A stretch of 64,000 bases of DNA from the NCBI GenBank assembly GCA_036676395.1, contig JAKFCY010000002.1, positions 1,280,001-1,344,000 of the forward strand, written 5' to 3'. The position numbers were made by a program, and so were the translations under genes. Shown one piece after another: positions 38,487-48,116 of the stretch. Source of the DNA: Bdellovibrio sp. (lineage in GTDB: Bacteria > Bdellovibrionota > Bdellovibrionia > Bdellovibrionales > Bdellovibrionaceae). Positions within the stretch are counted from its first letter, which is position 1, and every line of letters begins with the position of its first letter. The notes beneath the pieces are model-generated. The model was not told the DNA's origin. It searched no databases and saw nothing but the letters and a program-made list of their open reading frames with translations.

Positions 38487-39808
38487 TCAGCTAAAACGTA
38501 AGGACGAAGAGTTTCAGCGCTGCCATCGAATGAAACATTCGTCGTTACACCTAAGATTTCCATAACAAACGGGTAGATATCAATATTGCTGAATTCAGGA
38601 ATATTTGCTCTGCGTTTAGTGATGTGGCTTCCGGCTGCGATAAATAGGGCGTGCATTGATTTGTTAGTGTTTGGCCAGCCATGTGAGCCGCCGCCTACGC
38701 GGTAGGGTTTTTCTGGATTAAAAGTACGATCGGTCATGTAGTGACCCGCTTCAGAGACGACGAAGATATCACCCACACGGTCAGTGTTTGTTAAGTGGTA
38801 TTCGGCCGGAATATCAGCGCGAAGATATACTTTGTAGTTTTTCTCTTTAGCTTTTAAATCCTGGTAAACTTTTGCAATTTTAGTTTCATCGTCGTGGTAA
38901 AGCATTACAGCTGCGCCTTTATCGCTCCATTTGAAGCCTGATAAATTAGCCTTGTCGCCTAAGAAAATAATTTTATCTTGATAGTTCGTTTGCATACCGT
39001 GATCTGAAACCAGAACTAGGTTAATCGGTAAATCAGAGGCGCGAATAAAATCCCATAAACGGCCAATTTCACGATCGACTTCTAACACGGCGTCTTTAAC
39101 TTCTTTTGAATCTGGACCGTTGGCATGTCCTGCAGAATCGACAATCGAAAAATATGAATTAATATAATGCGGGCGTTTTTCAGCAGGTAGTTTTAACCAT
39201 TCCATGACAACATCAACTCGTTGAGCTGAAGTCACTTTACTGCTGTAAGGGGCATAACAGGTCGGATCTTGGCCGTTCACATGAACTTCGTTAGCCACCC
39301 ATTGGTTCGTGTGGGCGATCATTCCGTTTTTTTCTACCACATTCCAGATCGGCTCGCCTTGATACCAAGTTGCATCTGAAGATGTGTCGCCGAAAGCATT
39401 ATAAGTTTCTTTTCTTTTTTCATCGTAAAAGTAATTACTTAAAATACCGTGATTCGTTGGTAGGCGACCAGTCACTAAAGTGTAATGGTTTGGAAAGGTA
39501 TGCGTTGGGTAACTTGGAAGCATGCCCGGAGAATAAATACCTTCTTTGGCGATTTTTTTCAAATTTGGAGGATTAATTTTTTGCATGTAATCAGCGCGAA
39601 AGCCATCGATTGAAATCATGATCACGATCGGGCGGTCTATCATAGCTAAAGAATTTTTATTATCAGCACAAGTTAAGTTAAGTGAAGCTTCACGAAGGCG
39701 AACGGCTTCTTCAGGTTTTGGAGTTTCGCTCTTACTGCAGGCGATTAAAGAAACTGTTAAAGCAAAAATTAATGAAACGGCACCTATAGCACGCGTGAAT
39801 GTATTCAT
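38483..39808 (-). CDS. Nucleotide pyrophosphatase/phosphodiesterase (alkaline phosphatase superfamily) lipoprotein
   Basis: Lipobox LIAC, ISIDGFRADY, PTHTFPNHYT, DSAGH..GP, VSDHGM, GSHGW. Confidence 0.92.
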   Translation of the reverse strand: MNTFTRAIGAVSLIFALTVSLIACSKSETPKPEEAVRLREASLNLTCADNKNSLAMIDRPIVIMISIDGFRADYMQKINPPNLKKIAKEGIYSPGMLPSYPTHTFPNHYTLVTGRLPTNHGILSNYFYDEKRKETYNAFGDTSSDATWYQGEPIWNVVEKNGMIAHTNQWVANEVHVNGQDPTCYAPYSSKVTSAQRVDVVMEWLKLPAEKRPHYINSYFSIVDSAGHANGPDSKEVKDAVLEVDREIGRLWDFIRASDLPINLVLVSDHGMQTNYQDKIIFLGDKANLSGFKWSDKGAAVMLYHDDETKIAKVYQDLKAKEKNYKVYLRADIPAEYHLTNTDRVGDIFVVSEAGHYMTDRTFNPEKPYRVGGGSHGWPNTNKSMHALFIAAGSHITKRRANIPEFSNIDIYPFVMEILGVTTNVSFDGSAETLRPYVLAD

Positions 39809-39923
39809 AATCTAACTCCCCTCAAAGCTAAAATATTAACCAAATCTAGGCTCATCTAAACCTAGATCTTGGTCTACATCAAGAGTAATGGGATGCGTTA
39901 AATTATTGTGTTAACGTTAGAAA

Positions 39924-41171
39924 CTAGTACGGCTGTCTTTGTTCAGAATTTCCTAAATCCATTGCCATAGTTAGCGCGATTTTAGAAAAAAGTTTTGCAT
40001 GCTCAAAGCTCATTACTGGGCTGATAACATCTTGGGGAGTATGGATACTTTTGAAAGAAGAGTCGAATTTAGACTCTGTCGGAAACAAAGTCGCAAAGCC
40101 TTGGCGGTGCCATGAAGCATGGTCACTACAACCATAACCGCATTGGTCTTCTTGAACAGTGGCATGAAAGTAAGTGTTGTTTGCAGCCACTAAATAGTCG
40201 CGTAACCAACGGCTTGTAAAATCAGTCATGCTAGCAATCTTTAAAACACCATCACCAGGAAACATCGTCATATCTAATTGAAGAACAGCGATGATATCTT
40301 TTTGCTGAGCTTTAGCTTCTTTTGCGATTTCAGCAGAACCAAGTAAGCCAGACTCTTCACCGGCGTACCAGTAAAATTCAATCGTTCTTTCAGGTTGCGG
40401 TTGTAAAGTTAAAACACGTAAGGCTTCAACTAAAGCTGAAGAGCCAGAAGCATTATCATCAGCACCCGGAGCTTTTGATCCCATACCCATAAATCCGCTG
40501 ATTGAATCTAAGTGACCACCTAGAACGATAATTTCTGACGGGCGAGTAGAGCCTTGAATAGTCAGCTTAATTGATTTTTGTGGCGTTGATTTGTGGCTAA
40601 CCGTTTCGATATTGATTGGGTAGTTAGCTTGTTTTGCGATCTCAGCTAAACGATCCATGAACGGGTTGATGTGGTTATTCGGGTTTGAACCTTTATTATA
40701 ACGTGTCGGAAAAGCAGATAAGAATTCAACCGTATTGCGAATTTTATCACCACTTAATTGTTCTAAAGCTTCAGAGATTTCAGCGCGAGCTTCTAGGTCT
40801 TCAACTTGTGAGAACGATAAAACTTGGTTTCTTTTATGATATGTATTTAAAGCTTCAAGTTGTTGGCGTACAGAAATTAGATCACGTGGCATTTCATCCA
40901 AAGCCTCGAAGTTTCCGCAACGACCGTTAGCGTGAGCAAGCTCTGAAAGTTTGCCTTCAGACGCTGAATTTAACACCGCATAACCTACACCAGTTTCTTC
41001 ATCTTTATATAGAACTGGAATATTGGCTGCGCGTAATAGCTTAAGATCCGCTAATACAGGCTTAAACACCAGAGGGTCACCGTGTTGGCCGTGGGCATTT
41101 AAGATCGGAGTTGAGTTGAAAATTGTAAGTGTAATAAGAGATGTGGCAATAAGACGTGTGGTATTTTGCAT
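39924..41171 (-). CDS. Secreted M28 leucyl aminopeptidase
   Basis: GGHLDS, PGADDNASG, AGEE.GL.GS, QLDMT, CGYGCSDH, IHT..D. Confidence 0.92.
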   Translation of the reverse strand: MQNTTRLIATSLITLTIFNSTPILNAHGQHGDPLVFKPVLADLKLLRAANIPVLYKDEETGVGYAVLNSASEGKLSELAHANGRCGNFEALDEMPRDLISVRQQLEALNTYHKRNQVLSFSQVEDLEARAEISEALEQLSGDKIRNTVEFLSAFPTRYNKGSNPNNHINPFMDRLAEIAKQANYPINIETVSHKSTPQKSIKLTIQGSTRPSEIIVLGGHLDSISGFMGMGSKAPGADDNASGSSALVEALRVLTLQPQPERTIEFYWYAGEESGLLGSAEIAKEAKAQQKDIIAVLQLDMTMFPGDGVLKIASMTDFTSRWLRDYLVAANNTYFHATVQEDQCGYGCSDHASWHRQGFATLFPTESKFDSSFKSIHTPQDVISPVMSFEHAKLFSKIALTMAMDLGNSEQRQPY

Positions 41172-41346
41172 AGATAAATCTTAGCTATGAAAATTTCATG
41201 AAGCAGCATTTTCACTCTTGAGTCTTGCAATTCTAGACTAAAGATAGTGAGCGTAAAAACATGGCACCAGAGAGTCCCGCGCATTGGCACGAGCCTTGTA
41301 ATACCCTTTGTGAGCGCCTTTCAAAGGGCGTTTATTTGGAGGACGT

Positions 41347-41790
41347 ATGACGAAGTTTCTGACAGTGATGACTATTTTTGGTCTTTTCGCGTTTAAAAGC
41401 TATGGATTAGATATGAATGATTTGAAAAATCTGGCTGAAGCGATTGCTCAATTCAAACAATCGGTGCAAACGATGGAAGCCGTGTATGATAAGGGCGTGA
41501 TCAAAGCTGATTTAGTTGCGCTTAAAAAAATCAACGCAAGCACTGCTGCAGTTTTAAAATATTGCCAAGTGATCGAAACGAAATTTCAGGCAAAAGCGCC
41601 AGAAGTTTTAGCGCGCAAACAAGAAGCTAGAAATCGTGCGATCGAAAAGTCTGAAAGTTTATTAGATGCATCGGATGCTGATTTAAGATCAGCCCAAGTT
41701 GATTTCGTGCGTGGTTTAGAGACAGCGAAATACTGCTTAGGCTTAACAAGTCAAATGGCCGCATCGATTCGCGCCTCTATTTCGCAGTAA
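41347..41790 (+). CDS. Secreted helical hypothetical protein
   Basis: SD GGAGG, signal peptide; sigma54-like TGGCACGAGCCTTGT upstream at 41285. Confidence 0.65.
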   Translation: MTKFLTVMTIFGLFAFKSYGLDMNDLKNLAEAIAQFKQSVQTMEAVYDKGVIKADLVALKKINASTAAVLKYCQVIETKFQAKAPEVLARKQEARNRAIEKSESLLDASDADLRSAQVDFVRGLETAKYCLGLTSQMAASIRASISQ

Positions 41791-41828
41791 TCAATGGGCG
41801 AAGCCCAATAATTTTAGCTAGTTAAAAG

Positions 41829-43433
41829 CTAAAGCTGAACTGATTTTACGACTTTAAATTTACTATCGTACTTACGCACTTCGGGTGTTTGTAGTTCTAC
41901 AGACACCTTTATAGTTTTTGCGGCTCCAAAAGCAGCACGTGAAACCTCAAACTGATTAAATAAAGCAGAAATTTCAGAACCATCAGCGTTGAACCAGCGT
42001 ACGCTAAGGCCAGAAACATTTGGAGTTTCTACTTTAACTGTACTTGAAGTTTTAACAACAGCATCAACAAGTGAAACGCGATTCAGAAATTTGTGCCACA
42101 TATTTTCTTGGTCAACGGCGCAGAAATGTTTAAGAGCCATATTGCGCATCAAGCAGCCATCGTGAGTTGGGCGGTACGTTTTACCACTAAAATCACCATA
42201 AGTTGCAAACGCCGCAGTTACATTTTTTTCAAAGTTAAATCCTTGTGGGTAAGAATAAATGTAAGCGGTTGCTAACATATTATCGCCATCAGCAATATTT
42301 TCTTTAATTTCTAAAGTGTTACCGCCTACTTGCGTTTGAAGATTATCAAGTACGAAGAAGTTTCTATCGTTATGATAAGGCCCACCTAAGTTAAGTTTTT
42401 GGCCGTTCACATAAACATAGACATCATCAGGGCTAGACCAGCCAACCACGCTTAATTCTAAACCTAAGGTTTCGCCAGCTTGGGTTTTAAAAGTCGTTTT
42501 GTAAGGCTTGTTTTTTAAATTTTGCCAAACGTAGTTACCGCTTAAAAGTTTAGCGTCGTAAGAATTTTTATCATCGCGCCATTGTGACCAGTGCGAAGCC
42601 TGAGCATTCGATGAAGAATTGGCTCCCGAATATACAGATCCACCGTCATACTCTTCGCCAACTTCGCCGAAGTTGTGACCAAGTTCATGATTTAATACGA
42701 CCATACCACTTCTGATAGAACTTGTTGAAATTGCATAGCGGCCACCTAGACCACCATAATAATCATCATTGGCAATTACGATCGGATAGTCGGTGCGTTC
42801 AACCATATCAAGTGCGCTTTCTAAAGCGCGTTCGTCGCCTGGGTAAATCGCGCGTTTTGAACCTTTTGGCATACGGTATAAGCCATAAGCTGTGTCTTTT
42901 GATTCTCCATCGCCAATACCTGAAGTGTTTGATGGAACAAAAACCGCATGAACTTGAAATAAAGACAGATAACTTGAGAATGTTGAAGTTCCAAAAAGAT
43001 TTTTAGTCGTGCGTTCAGCATCGGCAAAGAACTTTTCTTTTTCTTTTAATGTGTAGCCATCACCTAAAATCGTTAAATGAATACGGTTGGCTGCAGGACC
43101 CTCTGTAACAAGTTCGCGAACTTCAGCATTTGCAATATTAACTTTAACTTTTCTTTGTAACGCTTTGTAAAATGCTAATTCAGATTCAGTCAGCGAATTT
43201 TTAATTTCATCTATATATATAGTGTTGTTGTCGGTGCCTGGCCCTTCAACTATATAGTAGGGAAGTTTTCGCAAGATTTTTTCTGGCTGTTCTGAAACTT
43301 CTGAAACATTTAAAACTTCTGATGAACGATTTTTAGAAGAAACTTTTTTCTGCACGCGAAAACTTTCGGCAGAACAAAGTGATGAAATTAAAAGCGCTGT
43401 TGTAAAAATAAAAATGTTCGAAGTGTTTTTCAT
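41829..43433 (-). CDS. M64 (IgA peptidase-like) zinc metallopeptidase
   Basis: ILGDGYT, YYGGLGG, HELGHNFG.VGEEY, YRPT..GCLMR...FC.V. Confidence 0.85.
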   Translation of the reverse strand: MKNTSNIFIFTTALLISSLCSAESFRVQKKVSSKNRSSEVLNVSEVSEQPEKILRKLPYYIVEGPGTDNNTIYIDEIKNSLTESELAFYKALQRKVKVNIANAEVRELVTEGPAANRIHLTILGDGYTLKEKEKFFADAERTTKNLFGTSTFSSYLSLFQVHAVFVPSNTSGIGDGESKDTAYGLYRMPKGSKRAIYPGDERALESALDMVERTDYPIVIANDDYYGGLGGRYAISTSSIRSGMVVLNHELGHNFGEVGEEYDGGSVYSGANSSSNAQASHWSQWRDDKNSYDAKLLSGNYVWQNLKNKPYKTTFKTQAGETLGLELSVVGWSSPDDVYVYVNGQKLNLGGPYHNDRNFFVLDNLQTQVGGNTLEIKENIADGDNMLATAYIYSYPQGFNFEKNVTAAFATYGDFSGKTYRPTHDGCLMRNMALKHFCAVDQENMWHKFLNRVSLVDAVVKTSSTVKVETPNVSGLSVRWFNADGSEISALFNQFEVSRAAFGAAKTIKVSVELQTPEVRKYDSKFKVVKSVQL

Positions 43434-43605
43434 GAGCTTATCAGAACAAGCTTTTTATCGGTGGTCATGTTTTTTGCGCCAATTTTGCAAATGGCGTACG
43501 TGCAGCATTCGGGCATTTTACCCGAACGGGTAATTTTGATCGGCGTTTTTGCCACGAAAAATTTGCAAATGACAATTTTTCATCGTGCTAGTGCGTTTTT
43601 ATGTA

Positions 43606-43621
43606 TGGCACTTATGTTGCT
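43606..43621 (+). promoter_or_regulatory. Putative sigma54 promoter
   Basis: TGGCACTTATGTTGCT, near-consensus -24/-12, upstream of SD GGAGG and ATG 43662. Confidence 0.7.
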
Positions 43622-43661
43622 CAAACACTCTTAAAACAAAACATCCTAATGGAGGGATTTT

Positions 43662-44618
43662 ATGAATAAGAGTTATGCGCGTTACTTAAAACTAGTTTCT
43701 TTATCATCACTTTGCGTAGCATTCGTTGCTTGTAGTGGTAGCGGTTCAGGTGGATCTTCTCCTGCAGCAGCACCTGTAGAAGCAGCATCATCAGAAATGG
43801 TGGCTTCAGGAAATACTCTGCGTATTTCTAAAGTGGCTGATTATCACTTAGCTGCGGGCGGCGAATTAGCCGGAACTCCAGCTGCTAAATTAGCAGAAAT
43901 TTTAGCGAAACACCCAGCTTTAGCTGAGCGTGCGAATCTATTAGGAACAGTAAATAGAGTTGTTGAAACTGATAAAGGCACTTGGGATTTGTATGCCGGT
44001 GAACAAATCGTAATGACACTTTCTTCTGCTGACCGTAAAGCATTAAATATCGTAAGAACACGTTCTGCGTTTACTGCTGATGGTATCACTTTATTATCTT
44101 CAAATGTAGAAGTTAAACATTCTGAAGCAATTCGCTTTGCAATGTCAGATTGCTCTGCAAATGCTGTAGAACCAGGTCAAGGACAAGATCAAGGTCAAGG
44201 CCAAGGCCAAGATAAAGACCAAGATAAAGACCAAGATAAAGACCAAGATAAAGACCAAGACAAAGACCAAGACAAAGATCAAGACAAAGATCAAGATAAA
44301 GACCAAGATAAAGACCAAGATAAAGATAAAGACCAAGATAAAGACCAAGATAAAGATCAAGATAAAGATCAAGATAAAGATCAAATGGCCCAAAACTGTG
44401 TCTCTGTCGAAGCTACACTTCTGTTAGAGCAGGAGCCTGGACAAGGTCAAGATCAAGGACAAGGTCAAGATAAAGATCAAGATAAAGACCAAGACAAAGA
44501 CCAAGATAAAGATCAAGACAAAGACCAAGACAAAGACCAAGATAAAGACCAAGACAAAGACCAAGATAAAGATCAAGACAAAGACCAAGACAAAGATCAA
44601 GACAAAGACCAAACTTAA
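43662..44618 (+). CDS. Lipoprotein with two (DKDQ)n low-complexity arrays
   Basis: Lipobox FVAC, Ser/Gly linker, small globular domain, then two EPGQGQDQGQGQ(DKDQ)n blocks. Confidence 0.8.
   Translation: MNKSYARYLKLVSLSSLCVAFVACSGSGSGGSSPAAAPVEAASSEMVASGNTLRISKVADYHLAAGGELAGTPAAKLAEILAKHPALAERANLLGTVNRVVETDKGTWDLYAGEQIVMTLSSADRKALNIVRTRSAFTADGITLLSSNVEVKHSEAIRFAMSDCSANAVEPGQGQDQGQGQGQDKDQDKDQDKDQDKDQDKDQDKDQDKDQDKDQDKDQDKDKDQDKDQDKDQDKDQDKDQMAQNCVSVEATLLLEQEPGQGQDQGQGQDKDQDKDQDKDQDKDQDKDQDKDQDKDQDKDQDKDQDKDQDKDQDKDQT
44211..44384 (+). repeat. 12-bp tandem repeat GAY-AAA-GAY-CAA, 14 units plus one DK half-unit
   Basis: Read directly from the sequence. Confidence 0.95.
44469..44612 (+). repeat. 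12-bp tandem repeat GAY-AAA-GAY-CAA, 12 units
   Basis: Read directly from the sequence. Confidence 0.95.
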
Positions 44619-44650
44619 TTGATTGAAATCAAATTCGAAAAAGTCTAAGG

Positions 44651-44682
44651 GTGGGTAGCGGTAAAACGCTGCCCACTTTTTT
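44651..44682 (+). terminator. Intrinsic terminator after the DKDQ lipoprotein gene
   Basis: GTGGGTAGCG-GTAAAA-CGCTGCCCAC-T6. Confidence 0.8.
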
Positions 44683-44698
44683 AAGATGAGGGGATGTT

Positions 44699-45508
44699 AT
44701 GAAATGGTTATTTGTATTTCTGCCTTTAACGTTATTAATTGCCTGTAAACCGAAAACAGAGGCCATCATTGAAGAGCCAGTAATGCCATCTGAAATTGCT
44801 CTATCTGATGTGTCTTTTGGAAAATGTTTAAATTTAGAAAAACTATCGCGGGTGTTTCAAAACCCCGATTTTAAAGTGCCCGCAGCACTTATGACGACAG
44901 ATTTAAAACCTGTAGGTGAAATGCCGCAGGCGAAAAAAACTTTTTTTTCTTACGCTACTTTTAATTATAAAGTGAACAGCGCAAACGAGCTTGGGCTTTT
45001 TAATCAAGTGCGCCAGAAAGATTGTAAGACCGTCCAGATGTTATCAGCTTCTGAAGAAGTTTTGACTTACAAAGTGACTGCTTCAAATGAAGCCGAAATT
45101 ACCATCAAGTTAGTTGATAAATTTCGCGATAACATGGCTACAGCTCACAAAAAAGCCTTAATAGATCGTCAGCAGCCATTCGAATACACGTTTCGTTATT
45201 TAACGCCAAATCATATGTTGATCAGTGAAAAATACACGACCGTGGATCCTCTGTGTATTTCGAAAAATCCGCTTACATTTGAAATTCATAAAGATTTAAC
45301 TTGGGCTGGACGGTATTCAGATTTGCCGCAAAGTTATCAAATCGAAACTCGGTATTTAAATCTTGTGAAAGAATCTCTGATACCTGAGGCTCAAGGATTA
45401 ATTCCAACAACAGAAACAGCAGAAACTTCAGAAAGTTTTTCTGTAGACTCGATCCGTACGGTGATGCGTTCATCTTTAAAAGACGAGCTTAAACTGTGCA
45501 GCCAATAA
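44699..45508 (+). CDS. Hypothetical lipoprotein
   Basis: SD GAGGGG, lipobox LIAC, several Cys; overlaps the next gene. Confidence 0.7.
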   Translation: MKWLFVFLPLTLLIACKPKTEAIIEEPVMPSEIALSDVSFGKCLNLEKLSRVFQNPDFKVPAALMTTDLKPVGEMPQAKKTFFSYATFNYKVNSANELGLFNQVRQKDCKTVQMLSASEEVLTYKVTASNEAEITIKLVDKFRDNMATAHKKALIDRQQPFEYTFRYLTPNHMLISEKYTTVDPLCISKNPLTFEIHKDLTWAGRYSDLPQSYQIETRYLNLVKESLIPEAQGLIPTTETAETSESFSVDSIRTVMRSSLKDELKLCSQ

Positions 45509-46635
45509 ATACTGTTTTTTTAATTCTGTCTATTCTGCTTTTAGGAGCTTGCGCTAAAGACGAAAAATACGTTCAAGCGACATCTCCTTTTTGCCAAAGT
45601 AACATGGTTAAAAATCAGTATATTGTACACTGGAAAAAACAAGATCCAACTTTATTGGCTGAAGAAAATCTTGCCAAATTTATTTCGCTCAATGATGACG
45701 AAATTGACTTTGTTGAACCCAATTACACTATCCTTGCTAAATTTGCAAAAAAACAGGAAGAGCCGGTGATTCCGTCGATCACTAGCGTTGAATCTGCAAC
45801 TGCAGTTTATGATATGATTCATGTGCGATCGGCCTGGTACCGGGGATTTTTCGGTCAGGGTTTAACTGTCGCTGTCGTTGATACGGGAATAGATCAAAAA
45901 CATCCAAGCCTGCGACGAAGACTTGTGCCAGGCTGGAATTTTGTTTCTAATGCTGCAGATTCTAGTGATGAAACCGGTCATGGTACAGCTATGGCGGGTA
46001 TTATTACCGGCCCATATTTAAATGGTTCAAGTTTAAGTTTAGCACCTGATGTAAAAATTATGCCTATAGATTTTATGACTGATCACGGTGGCACCGAATA
46101 TCATGCGCAGCTTGCGCTAAACTATGCCATCACCCACAAAGCTAAAATTATTAATAATAGTTGGACGGTCAGCTGTTCAGAGCTTTTACGAAGTTCATTT
46201 GTTAGCTGGGCCAATGAAAATGTAATTTTCATTAATTCGTCAGGTAATGAACCCGTAGATGTTATTACTCATGGAATTTTACCGGCAAGCTTAAGCCTAA
46301 GTAATCATGTGCATGTGGGTTCATTAGATGATCGCGGGCATCGATCAAGTTTTAGCGGTTTTGGTTACACCGTTTTGTTGTATGCCCCGGGAGAATTAGT
46401 TCCAAGTTTTGCCCAGAGTGATAGCGGATCGCGTAGCGTGCGAATTTCAGGAACCAGCGCATCGACCGCCATAGTTTCTGCAGCAGCAGCTTTATTATGG
46501 AGCGCTTTTCCGCGTGCCACGGCCAGCGAAATAGTGTCGTTAATTGTCGAAGGAGCTCAGCAGGAGCTGACTATAGAGCCGACCCTTAACGTGCAACAAT
46601 CTCTGCGTCTGGGACGCGAACGTTTTTCAGAATAA
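45496..46635 (+). CDS. S8 subtilase lipoprotein
   Basis: Lipobox LGAC; VVDTG, GHGTAMAG, SSGN, GTSAS (Met after catalytic Ser replaced by Ala). Confidence 0.85.
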   Translation: MQPINTVFLILSILLLGACAKDEKYVQATSPFCQSNMVKNQYIVHWKKQDPTLLAEENLAKFISLNDDEIDFVEPNYTILAKFAKKQEEPVIPSITSVESATAVYDMIHVRSAWYRGFFGQGLTVAVVDTGIDQKHPSLRRRLVPGWNFVSNAADSSDETGHGTAMAGIITGPYLNGSSLSLAPDVKIMPIDFMTDHGGTEYHAQLALNYAITHKAKIINNSWTVSCSELLRSSFVSWANENVIFINSSGNEPVDVITHGILPASLSLSNHVHVGSLDDRGHRSSFSGFGYTVLLYAPGELVPSFAQSDSGSRSVRISGTSASTAIVSAAAALLWSAFPRATASEIVSLIVEGAQQELTIEPTLNVQQSLRLGRERFSE

Positions 46636-46639
46636 TCTT

Positions 46640-47926
46640 TTAAGGAACAATGCTTTCATTGAGCAGGGCTTCGGCGATTCGACTTAAGACTTTTCCTTTT
46701 TGTGAAGCTTCTCTGGCCTTAGCGGCGTAGCTATCGGGCAGACGAGAATCTAAATCCCAGGATTCGTTTAAAGTTAAATCTTCAGCTGTCATCGCGCGGC
46801 CTGTGCTGGCGTAAGACCAGATAAAATCGGGTCTTGCTGCTGAATGCCATTCGCCACCGATTACGGTGTAGCTTTCATCTAATTCTAAATCGTATACAAA
46901 GTTGTATGATTTAGTGCGATCGTTGCGGCCTTCGTTGACCGCCGGAGTGACTAAAGAAGGAATAAATACATCCATTGCAACCCCGACAACGTATTTTGTT
47001 CTAGGGCTTCGGTGGATTTTGAATTTATCAGCCGTCATATTTTCAATGGGTTCTATAGCGGCTTTAATATTGTGAGTGGTTTCGAATGTTCGTGGGTTAA
47101 AGTAGCTGTAGTCATAGCCTTTAACTGCGAAATTCCATACTTCTGATCCGGTGGTTGAATCCATCACAAAACTTTTTTGCTGCACACCAACGCGATTTGT
47201 AACAGCTAAATGCCAACTCATCGGATTTGAATCAAGGCAAGACGCATCTATAGGACGCTGATACGGGTCTTTAATAACGATATCTTGGCGACAGCGATTG
47301 CCGGCTTGAATTGAATCTGTGCTTGATTCGGCCCAAAGATAAGACATTAAGGCTTTGATATCTTGCCTGTAAAATTCGATCGCATGGTGGCCATTGACGT
47401 CGGTCACAACCACAGATTGGCGTGGGGCTTTGATGCCCATGTGGACTGCCGCAGACCAGCCGTGACAAATTCCTGTCCATGTTGGAACTTCGCCGTACTG
47501 AATTAAAGTTTTTTGTCCGCGAGCCCACATAGCTTTGGTTAATGTCCAGTTTGCATCCCCAACCAGTAGGTCATATTTTTCAGCTGGAGATAGGCGATTG
47601 ATTTGCCCCGAGTAAACCAGGGTTTCTGGAGGGCGCAGCATGTGGTCGTTGTAATTTTCTAAGAAATTTTTTGATTTAGGAAACAAGGGGTCGGCATAAC
47701 GCAGTCCAAGTAAACCTTGGTGAATTGGCCAATAAGAGCCAGCCCAGATTTCATATTGGGTGTGGCCTTGCGTCAGTCGAGTTTGCTGAAGATCAAAAAT
47801 ATTTGCGATATAACTTTGTTTATCAAGAAAAATTTTAAAATCATCGTCACGCATAGGCTCCGAGAACGGGCTTACCGCCGTGGTTAATGCTGTCGCTGCT
47901 ATAAGATTGAAAATTGTTTTTGTCAT
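46640..47926 (-). CDS. Transglutaminase of the GP42/TGase-elicitor family, probably secreted
   Basis: WAGSYWP, LSPAEKYD, WTGICHGW (Cys-His), DIKALM (Asp), EVWN, YDLELD...GGEW...PDFIW; SD GGAG before ATG 47926. Confidence 0.75.
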   Translation of the reverse strand: MTKTIFNLIAATALTTAVSPFSEPMRDDDFKIFLDKQSYIANIFDLQQTRLTQGHTQYEIWAGSYWPIHQGLLGLRYADPLFPKSKNFLENYNDHMLRPPETLVYSGQINRLSPAEKYDLLVGDANWTLTKAMWARGQKTLIQYGEVPTWTGICHGWSAAVHMGIKAPRQSVVVTDVNGHHAIEFYRQDIKALMSYLWAESSTDSIQAGNRCRQDIVIKDPYQRPIDASCLDSNPMSWHLAVTNRVGVQQKSFVMDSTTGSEVWNFAVKGYDYSYFNPRTFETTHNIKAAIEPIENMTADKFKIHRSPRTKYVVGVAMDVFIPSLVTPAVNEGRNDRTKSYNFVYDLELDESYTVIGGEWHSAARPDFIWSYASTGRAMTAEDLTLNESWDLDSRLPDSYAAKAREASQKGKVLSRIAEALLNESIVP

Positions 47927-48116
47927 AATACACACTCCGTACAAAGATTTTCATCAATAGAGTTGCACTATTTATTCCATGCGTAGATTCGGGTTAATTT
48001 GCCCGAGGCGTTGGGGGCGAGGCATTGTGCGCCACGACCCCGGGCTTTTTTGGCTAGTTGTTCTATTATTTAGAAAATTACACACCATTCTAACACTAGG
48101 TCTACAACTCTAGTGG

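Noticed and set aside
44211..44612. Tandem arrays as a CRISPR array
   Set aside because: No unique spacers; in-frame 12-bp coding repeats; no cas genes.
44145..44612. Hydrophobic ILIF/VLVF ORFs on the minus strand
   Set aside because: Automatic antisense reading of the DKDQ repeats; no independent start signals.
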